DNA of 64,000 bases, taken from assembly GCA_963739435.1 (NCBI GenBank), contig CAVUAN010000016.1, positions 129,309-193,308 of the forward strand. Direction: 5' to 3'. The notes under the pieces were generated by a model. The model was not told the origin of the DNA and searched no databases. It was given only the letters and a program-made list of their open reading frames with translations. Below are positions 8,930 to 18,825 of the stretch, piece after piece (positions within the stretch are counted from its first letter, which is position 1; every line of letters begins with the position of its first letter). The DNA is from an uncultured Acidobacteriota bacterium (lineage in GTDB: Bacteria; Acidobacteriota; Thermoanaerobaculia; UBA5066; Gp7-AA6). The position numbers and the translations under genes were made by a program.

Positions 8930-9861
8930 CCATGTCCCTCGCGTCATTCTCACGCCTCCTCGACGATCCACGGGCGCGGGCGCTCGCATCCGGGGACACT
9001 TCGGCCGTCTTTCTCCCGAGCCGCGGGATGCTCGGAGCTTCTCTTCGCCACCGCGGGGTCGAGATTCTCCGGCGCGTCGAAGACCTCGAGGCCGCTGCGG
9101 CGAAAGGGTCGACGGCCGGGATCCCACTCCTCCACCCGTGGGCGAACCGGCTCGCGGGCCTCCGTTACTGCGCTGCGGGAAAGGAAACGATCCTCGACTC
9201 GGCGTCCTCTCTTCTCCACCTCGACGAGCACCGCCTGCCGATGCACGGGGTCCCGTGGTCCCGCCTGGCGTGGAGCGTGGCGGACGCGGCGCCCGAGAGC
9301 GTCTCGGCGACGCTCGACTGGTCCCACCCCGATCTCCTCGCCGTCTTCCCCTACACGCACGAGTTGAAGATGACGGCGACTCTCCGTCCCGGGGCGCTGA
9401 CGATCGAGACGACGCTCGTGGCCGGCAGCAGTCCTGTCCCCGTCAGCTTCGGCTTTCACCCTTACGTCGGCCTGCCGGACGTCCCGCGCAGCGAGTGGAA
9501 GCTGCGGCTCCCGGCCATGAGGCACCTCGTTCTGGACGAAAACGGCATCCCGACCGGAGAGGAAGTTCCGTTCCTAGCCGTCGACGCCCCGCTCAACGAC
9601 CGAGCCTACGACGACGGCTTCGCGCTTCTCGAGGCGTCCCCGTCGTTTTCCGTCGAGGGAGGCGGCCGCCGGGTGACGGCGGAGTTCGTTTCCGGATTCG
9701 GGTTCGCGCAGGTCTTTGCTCCCAGGGGGAAGGAGTTTGTCGCCTTCGAACCGATGACGGCGCCGGCCAACGCGCTCGTCAGCGGCCGCGGCCTCTCCGT
9801 CGTCGAGCCCGGAGGCGAGTGGCACACCGCGTTCCGGCTCCGGGTTGAGGAGCTCTCGTGA
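8926..9861 (+). CDS. Aldose 1-epimerase (galactose mutarotase-like) family protein
   Basis: ~311 aa. The ATG at 8926 overlaps the tkt stop (ATGA); the alternative ATG is at 8932. Motifs: LLHPWANRL, LPMHGV, FGFHPYV and AFEPMTAPANAL. Confidence 0.75.
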   Translation: MTMSLASFSRLLDDPRARALASGDTSAVFLPSRGMLGASLRHRGVEILRRVEDLEAAAAKGSTAGIPLLHPWANRLAGLRYCAAGKETILDSASSLLHLDEHRLPMHGVPWSRLAWSVADAAPESVSATLDWSHPDLLAVFPYTHELKMTATLRPGALTIETTLVAGSSPVPVSFGFHPYVGLPDVPRSEWKLRLPAMRHLVLDENGIPTGEEVPFLAVDAPLNDRAYDDGFALLEASPSFSVEGGGRRVTAEFVSGFGFAQVFAPRGKEFVAFEPMTAPANALVSGRGLSVVEPGGEWHTAFRLRVEELS

Positions 9862-9883
9862 CGACACCAGGAAGGAGACCTGA

Positions 9884-12609
<2,726 letters not shown>

Positions 12610-12610
12610 A

Positions 12611-14758
12611 ATGAGTTCCCTTGCACCGAACGTGCGCGGCGTCGACGCCCCGGGCCGACGCACGGTGTACAGCATGTGCGGCATGTGCGCGGTCCGTTGC
12701 CCGATGGAAGTGACGGTCGAGGACGGCCGGATAGCCTGGCTCCAGGGCAATCCGCGCGACGAGGCCATCGGCGCGAGCCTCTGCGCGAAGGGTTCAGCCG
12801 GGCTGTCCTTCGAGTTCGACGACCAGCGGCCCCAGACACCGCTCCTCCGGACCGGCCCGCGGGGCAGCGGCCAGTGGCGCCGGGCATCCTGGGACGAGGC
12901 CCTCGACACCATCGCCGGGAAGTTGAAGGAGACGATCGAGGCTTTCGGAGGGCGCGGCATCGTCCTGTCCGATCGCGGCGGCCCCTTCACCGACCTGACG
13001 AAGACCTTCGTGCAGGCGCTCGGCTCGCCGAACTATTTCAACCACGACGCCTCCTGCAACGGGAACGCTCACAATGCCGGCCGCTCGATCTACGGCTTCG
13101 GCACCACCGGGCTCGTCTTCGATCTCCCGAATACGAAGCACCTCGTGCTCTACGGCCGCAACATCGTCGAGTCGCTGATGGTCAAGGAGGCCAAAGCCTT
13201 CATGGCCGCCGTGGCGAAGGGGATGCGCGTTACCTACATCGACCCGCGCGCCACCGTCACGGCCTGCAAAGCCACCCGTTACTGGCAGGTGCGCCCGAAC
13301 AGCGACTATGCGTTGAACCTCGCGATCATCCACGAAGTCCTGAAGACGGAGGCGTACGACAAGGACTTCGTCGAGCGCTTCGTCACCGGAATGGAGTCCC
13401 TTCGCGCGGCGGTCAGGGACACGACGCCCGAATGGCAGGAGAGCCATACCGGCGTTCCCGCCGCCGAGCTCCGGGCCTTCGTGAAGGAGATCGCCGCCGA
13501 ACGACCGCGCGTGATCTTCCATCCGGGCTGGATGTCCGCGCGCCACAAGCAGTCCTTCTATGTCAGCCGCAGCGCTCTGATCCTGAATGCCCTGATGGGC
13601 AACATCGAGATTCCGGGTGGCTGCGTGATGGCCAAGCCGCCCGAGTTCTACGGCCGCAAGAGCCTGAAACCGCTGACGGCGCGCGTGCCCAGGGTCGCCG
13701 AGCCTCGCGTGGACGGCGCCGGCACCACCCGGCCGTCGTGGGACCCGGCGGTCGGCATGCTGCACCAGGCGTTCGCCGCGATGGAAACCTCGCAGCCCTA
13801 TGGCGTCGGCGCCTACTTCGCCTACCGCCACGATCCACTCACCGGGATGCCCGATGCCGAGGCGATCAAACGCGCGCTGGACAAGCTGAAGCTCCTCGTC
13901 TCGATCGACGTCCGCTACTCGGAGACGGGCTGGTACTCCGACGTCATCCTCCCGGAGTCGACCTACCTCGAACGTGCCAACGTCCTGGCCGGCTTGCCCG
14001 GCCCGGTCCCGGTGTTCTTCATGCGCGACCAGGCGATCGCGCCGCGCTTCGACAGCCGCCCTGCATGGTGGATCTTCCGCGAGATCCTGCGCCGCTTGGA
14101 CGTGAAGGAAGCTCTCGATTTCGAGACCATCGAGGAAATCTGGGACTACCAGCTCGAGGGCACGGGCGTCACCATCGCCGAGATTCGCGAGGCCGGGTTC
14201 GTCCGTCTTGCCGACACGCCGAAGCTGACGCCGCGCGACAAGCTCAGGTTCCCGACCCCCTCGGGCAAGATCGAGATCGAGAGCGATGTCCTGAAGAAGG
14301 CCGGGCTGGCCAGCCTGCCGCCTTACGAGCCGAAGGCGCCGCCGGCAGGCGACCAATTCACTCTGCTGTTCTCGAAGACCGCGACGCTGGCGCACGGCCA
14401 GTCCCTCAACAACCCGCTCCTCAACGAGATCGCGCCGGAACAGGTGCTCTGGATCCACCCCGACCGCGCCCGGCCGCTGGGGATCAGCGACGGGGACGAG
14501 GTCGAGATCAGCGGGGGTGGGTCCTACGTCGGAAGGATGAAGGCGAGGGTGACGCCCTGGATCCACCAGGAGGCGGTGTTCATGCTGCACGGCTACGGGG
14601 CCACCGTGCCGCTCGCCACGCGCGCACTCGGCGTCGGTGTTGCCGACCAGCGTCTGCAGCACGGCAAGCTCTACGACTTCGACCCGGCCGGAGGCGGCTG
14701 CGCCCTGACGGAGACCGTCGTTCGGGTCAGGCCCGCGGCGGCGGAGGTGAGGCCGTGA
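12611..14758 (+). CDS. Molybdopterin (Mo/W-bisPGD, DMSO-reductase superfamily) oxidoreductase catalytic subunit, cytoplasmic type
   Basis: 715 aa from ATG 12611. N-terminal [4Fe-4S] motif CGMCAVRCP-x27-CAKG (C-x2-C-x3-C-x27-C). No twin-arginine signal and no in-frame TGA. Psr/Phs-like overall pattern. Substrate unknown. Confidence 0.85.
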   Translation: MSSLAPNVRGVDAPGRRTVYSMCGMCAVRCPMEVTVEDGRIAWLQGNPRDEAIGASLCAKGSAGLSFEFDDQRPQTPLLRTGPRGSGQWRRASWDEALDTIAGKLKETIEAFGGRGIVLSDRGGPFTDLTKTFVQALGSPNYFNHDASCNGNAHNAGRSIYGFGTTGLVFDLPNTKHLVLYGRNIVESLMVKEAKAFMAAVAKGMRVTYIDPRATVTACKATRYWQVRPNSDYALNLAIIHEVLKTEAYDKDFVERFVTGMESLRAAVRDTTPEWQESHTGVPAAELRAFVKEIAAERPRVIFHPGWMSARHKQSFYVSRSALILNALMGNIEIPGGCVMAKPPEFYGRKSLKPLTARVPRVAEPRVDGAGTTRPSWDPAVGMLHQAFAAMETSQPYGVGAYFAYRHDPLTGMPDAEAIKRALDKLKLLVSIDVRYSETGWYSDVILPESTYLERANVLAGLPGPVPVFFMRDQAIAPRFDSRPAWWIFREILRRLDVKEALDFETIEEIWDYQLEGTGVTIAEIREAGFVRLADTPKLTPRDKLRFPTPSGKIEIESDVLKKAGLASLPPYEPKAPPAGDQFTLLFSKTATLAHGQSLNNPLLNEIAPEQVLWIHPDRARPLGISDGDEVEISGGGSYVGRMKARVTPWIHQEAVFMLHGYGATVPLATRALGVGVADQRLQHGKLYDFDPAGGGCALTETVVRVRPAAAEVRP

Positions 14759-15270
14759 GCACCTACATTCTGCGGCACGACGAGCCGAACTGCATCGGCT
14801 GCCACGCCTGCGAAGTGCACTGCAAGACCAACAAGGACCTCGGCCCCGGCCCGGCCCCGTGCAAGATCATCACCGTCGGTCCGGTCGACGTCGGCGGCCG
14901 GCCCCGCATGCGCTTCGCCTTCTTGCCCTGTTTCCATTGTGAGGATGCGTGGTGCATGAGGGCCTGCCCGACCGGGGCCATGCAGAAGCGTCAGAAGGAC
15001 GGCATCGTCTTCGTCCAGTCCGTCCTGTGCATCGGCTGCAAGAGCTGCATCGCCGCGTGCCCCTGGGGCACGCCGCAGTGGGATCCGGCCACGAAGAAGG
15101 TGGTCAAGTGCGATTACTGCATGGATCGCCTCGATGCGGGGCTGCAGCCGGCCTGCGTGACGAAGTGCGTGACCGGCTGCCTGTCCTTCGGCGTCGCGAA
15201 CGAGCTGCCGGACCCGCGTCGCGAGCGTTATGCCCGCCAGCTCCTCGCCGATCCCCTGGAAGGAGCCTGA
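14755..15270 (+). CDS. 4Fe-4S ferredoxin-type electron-transfer subunit (PsrB/DmsB-like, four cluster motifs)
   Basis: 171 aa with a GTG start overlapping the upstream stop (GTGA). Motifs: CIGCHACEVHC, CFHCEDAWCMRACP, CIGCKSCIAACP and CDYC...C...C. Confidence 0.85.
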   Translation: MSTYILRHDEPNCIGCHACEVHCKTNKDLGPGPAPCKIITVGPVDVGGRPRMRFAFLPCFHCEDAWCMRACPTGAMQKRQKDGIVFVQSVLCIGCKSCIAACPWGTPQWDPATKKVVKCDYCMDRLDAGLQPACVTKCVTGCLSFGVANELPDPRRERYARQLLADPLEGA

Positions 15271-15279
15271 GGAGGAGCC

Positions 15280-18264
15280 ATGAGCGAACTCCGAGCGCTG
15301 CCGGCCTGGCTCGACGCAGGCGCTGCCGCGCTGGCGGGCGCCGCGCCGCCGGCGCCGACCCTGGCCGGTGCGCTGCCGGGCCTCGACCGGGCCCATTCCC
15401 TGACGCCTCTTCAGCGGCTGCACCGCGTGCAGGAATCGGCCCTCACCGAGTGCGGCGGTGCCGGCGAGCCCGTCCATCTCGCCTGGCGCCAGTTCCTGCG
15501 CGGCCGCGGGCCTTCGGTGCTGGTGATCGACGCGACCCAACTCGACGTGCGGGCACGCGGCACGGCCGCCGTTCTCGACAGCGCTCCCTGGCTGGTGGCC
15601 GAGGGCGTGCTGATCGCCGCCGGCCTGCGCGACAGCCTCGAGGCCGAGCTGCGCCTGCCGGCCGAGCTGAATGGCCATGAAGCGGCCTTCCTGAATGCAG
15701 CCGACGCCGTCCGGTCGCTCGCTCAGGTCGCGATTCCCCGCCGCAAGGTCGAGGTGCTGCGCAACAGCCGGCCGAGCTGCTGGGGAGAGAGACAGACCAC
15801 CGACGGGTCGCGGCTGATCCACACCCCGGAAACCTGGTGCCGGATCGCCCTGTTGTTTGCCGGCGCTTCGGGCCTCGACGCGTCGCTGCTGACGCTGCGG
15901 CGCGGCATGGAGCAGCGCGGCCTGGTCGAGCTCGCGCATTCCGAGAACCTGCGAAGCCAGATCGACGGCTGGAGCGGCGGCGTCGAGGTGCAAGGACAGG
16001 AAGCCACGCTCGTCTTCGACGACGGCCTGGGCGGTTTCCTGCCGCTTTCCGCCTCGGATCTCGCCTCCGATCCTCTGTCTCTCGCGTCCGCGGGAATCGT
16101 CCCGGCGCCGTCCACCCTCATGGCTATGGCCGAGGGCGTCTGCGTGGTCAAGCAGACCGGGCGTGCGCTCTATCGCCACTGGCAGCTTGCACCAGAAGCG
16201 GCGCCGGTGCGCGGATTGCTGGCGCGCGCCGCGCGTCTCGTGACCGAGATCACTCTCGGTCGGGGCGAGGCCGCACATCTCGCCGCCCTGGACGAAGTGG
16301 CCCTCGAACTCTCCACACAGGGGCTGGCGGCCGCGTGGCCGCTCGGCAGCTCCCTGCGCCACTACCGCGAGCAGTGGGAGAGCCACGTCCGGCGGGAGTC
16401 CTGCCCGGAGGGGCTCTGCCTTTCGCCGCGGGCCGCGCCCTGCCACAACACCTGTCCGGCCAACATCGACATCCCGAGCTTCATCGCCCACCTGGGCCAC
16501 GGCGACTATCGCTCGACCATCGAGGTGATCCGCCGCGACAACCCGCTGCCGCTGACTTGCGGTCTCGTCTGCCCGGCGCCGTGCGAATCCGCCTGCGTGC
16601 GCGGCGGCAGCAACGGGGCCGTCTTCATCCGGCCGCTGAAGGCCAAGGCGGCCGAGCACTGCCTCGCCGAGGGCGGCTACCCGAAACCCGAGATCGCGCC
16701 CGATACCGGCAAGCGCATCGGCATCGTCGGGTCCGGCCCGGCCGGCCTCACGGCGGCCTATTACCTGCGCACCCGCGGTCATCAGGTCGAGATCTTCGAG
16801 GCGCAGGAGAAGGCCGGGGGCATGCTGCGCTACGGCATTCCGGCCTATCGTCTGCCGCCCGACATGCTGGACCAGGAGATCGACCAGATCCGCGTGCTGG
16901 GAATCCCGATCCATACCGGCGCCCCGGTCGGCAGCCTCGAGGCGTTCCGCAAGGGCTACGACGCCGTGTTCCTCGGGCTCGGCACCCAGAAGTCGCGCCT
17001 CATCCAGGTCGACGGCGTCCAGCAACCCTTCGTCCTCGGCGGCATCGACTTCCTGCGGAGGGTGCGAAGCGGCGAACAGGTTCGGGTTGGGCCGCGGGTC
17101 GCCGTCATCGGCGGCGGCGACGTTTCCATCGACGTCGCCTTGACGGCGTTGCGGCAGGGCGCGAAGCACGTCGACCTGACCTCCCTCGAGAAGCAGCGCG
17201 AGATGCCGGCCAGCCCCCACGAGATCGAGCTCGCGGTTGCCGAAGGAGTCGAGCTGCACGCGGGCTGGGGCCCGGTGCGCATCGAAGAGGATGGCGAGGT
17301 GACCTTCCAGTTCTGCGAGCGGGTCAAGGACGAGACCGGCAAGTTCGACCCGAAATTCGACGCCGCCCGACTGCTGAAGCTCGAAGCCGACCACGTCATC
17401 CTCGCCACGGGCCAGGGCACCGACCTGACGATTCTCGAAGGCAGCGGAGTCGAAAGTGCGCGCGGCTTCATCGTTGCGGACCCGAAGACCCTGATGACCA
17501 ACGTTCCGGGCGTGTTCGCCGGCGGAGACGGGCAGCAAGGCCCGCGCACGGCCGTGGAGGCGATCCGCGCCGGCAAGATCGCCGCGGCCGGCATCGACGC
17601 CTGGCTGCGCGGGGCGGCGATGGACGCCGCCACCGGCAAGCCGGTGCGCCGCGCGGAGGTCGCTCTCCTACCGGTGTTGGCGCACGATCGCACCCGCCTG
17701 CCCCGTGCCGTCATGCCCGAGAGGAGCGTCGAAGAGGTCCTCGGCGAGGGCAACTACGTCCGGATCGAGGAGGGCCTGACCGACGCGATGGCGCACGATG
17801 AGGCCCGCCGCTGCCTGCGCTGCGACATCTGCATCGGCTGCGGCCTGTGCATGGCCACGTGCAGCGAGATGGGGATCGAGGCCCTGCGCATGGCCGACAC
17901 GCCGGCCGGCCGCCTCGCCTACTTCGATTTCCTGCGCCCCGCGGAGCGGTGCATCGGCTGCGGCGCCTGCACGCAGGTCTGCCCGACGGGAGCGATCCGC
18001 ATCGAGGACCGAGACGGCGTGCGGCGCACGATCATCACGGGAACCGTCGTGCGAGAACAGCCGCTACTCTCCTGCAGCGACTGTGGTGCGCCGACGCAGA
18101 CGCCTGCGCACCGGGAGTTCGTCCGCCGCCGCCTGCCGGATCACATGGCGTTTCTCTTGCATCGCGAGCTCTGCCCGTCCTGCGCGCGCGCGCGGGGCGA
18201 TCGTCCCTCAGTGGAGTCAGCCACGTTGAGGCGGGCCACGTTAATAGCAGGAGATAACCAATGA
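15280..18264 (+). CDS. Large NAD(P)H-flavoprotein/Fe-S fusion (GltD-like core with C-terminal 2x[4Fe-4S]; YgfK-like architecture)
   Basis: 994 aa.
- Residues ~380-450: GltD-type Fe-S region (CHNTCPANIDIP...NPLPLTCGLVCPAPCESAC).
- FAD motif IGIVGSGPAGLTAAYYL and second dinucleotide motif VAVIGGGDVSIDVA.
- C-terminal CLRCDICIGCGLC and CIGCGACTQVCP, then a CxxC...CxxC ribbon.
- First ~375 aa carry no recognisable cofactor motif. Confidence 0.75.
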   Translation: MSELRALPAWLDAGAAALAGAAPPAPTLAGALPGLDRAHSLTPLQRLHRVQESALTECGGAGEPVHLAWRQFLRGRGPSVLVIDATQLDVRARGTAAVLDSAPWLVAEGVLIAAGLRDSLEAELRLPAELNGHEAAFLNAADAVRSLAQVAIPRRKVEVLRNSRPSCWGERQTTDGSRLIHTPETWCRIALLFAGASGLDASLLTLRRGMEQRGLVELAHSENLRSQIDGWSGGVEVQGQEATLVFDDGLGGFLPLSASDLASDPLSLASAGIVPAPSTLMAMAEGVCVVKQTGRALYRHWQLAPEAAPVRGLLARAARLVTEITLGRGEAAHLAALDEVALELSTQGLAAAWPLGSSLRHYREQWESHVRRESCPEGLCLSPRAAPCHNTCPANIDIPSFIAHLGHGDYRSTIEVIRRDNPLPLTCGLVCPAPCESACVRGGSNGAVFIRPLKAKAAEHCLAEGGYPKPEIAPDTGKRIGIVGSGPAGLTAAYYLRTRGHQVEIFEAQEKAGGMLRYGIPAYRLPPDMLDQEIDQIRVLGIPIHTGAPVGSLEAFRKGYDAVFLGLGTQKSRLIQVDGVQQPFVLGGIDFLRRVRSGEQVRVGPRVAVIGGGDVSIDVALTALRQGAKHVDLTSLEKQREMPASPHEIELAVAEGVELHAGWGPVRIEEDGEVTFQFCERVKDETGKFDPKFDAARLLKLEADHVILATGQGTDLTILEGSGVESARGFIVADPKTLMTNVPGVFAGGDGQQGPRTAVEAIRAGKIAAAGIDAWLRGAAMDAATGKPVRRAEVALLPVLAHDRTRLPRAVMPERSVEEVLGEGNYVRIEEGLTDAMAHDEARRCLRCDICIGCGLCMATCSEMGIEALRMADTPAGRLAYFDFLRPAERCIGCGACTQVCPTGAIRIEDRDGVRRTIITGTVVREQPLLSCSDCGAPTQTPAHREFVRRRLPDHMAFLLHRELCPSCARARGDRPSVESATLRRATLIAGDNQ

Positions 18265-18310
18265 AAGTCATCGTCGGCGACAGATTCTAAAGTCGGTAGA
18301 ATGCCGCCCG

Positions 18311-18786
18311 ATGAGCGCGTACGCCGCGGCGATGTGGGGCGGGCTTGCCGCGGCTTCGCTGCTGCTCGGCGCGGCGCTCGCCCTGCGGTGGTCGCTCTCG
18401 GAGCGGCTCGTTGGCGCCATCATGGGATTCGGGTCCGGCGCGCTCATCAGCAGCATCGCCTACGAGCTCGTGCCGGAATCGAAAGTCGCCGGCGGCGGGC
18501 GATGGATCGTCTTCGCCTTCGCCCTGGGCGCGCTGGTCTTCTTCGTCGCCGACTGGGCGATCGACCACAGCGGGGGCGCCGAGCCACGGGCGGGGGGTCG
18601 GGCACCGCGATCTTCCTCGGAACGCTGCTCGACGGCCGGTAAGCCAGGGCCTTCTCTGCGGGAGCTGTTCTGACGATGCTCTCCGACGTCATGATGCCGG
18701 AGGCGTTCGAGCACGGCGGCAAGCTCGTCGGACTGCTGGCCACGCTGGGCTTTCTGGCCGCGGCGATCCTGTCGGTGATGGAATAA
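18311..18786 (+). pseudogene. ZIP-family metal transporter remnant (frameshift, in-frame stop and internal deletion)
   Basis: The N-terminus (MSAYAAAMWGGLAAASLLLGAALA...FFVADWAIDH) shifts frame near the G-run at ~18575-18600 to ...GTAIFLGTLLDG. A TAA follows at 18640-18642. The same frame then continues AFSAGAVLTMLSDVMMPEAFEHGGKLVGLLATLGFLAAAILSVME. Roughly 100 central residues expected for this family are missing. Confidence 0.7.
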
Positions 18787-18825
18787 CGACCTGACGCACG
18801 TACCGCCATCCGTGGGGCTCGTGGG

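Noticed and set aside
12611-14758. Selenocysteine recoding or a Tat leader in the molybdoenzyme
   Set aside because: The reading frame has no internal TGA, and the N-terminus (MSSLAPNVRGVDAPGRRTVYSMCGMC) lacks an S/T-R-R-x-F-L-K motif and a hydrophobic h-region.
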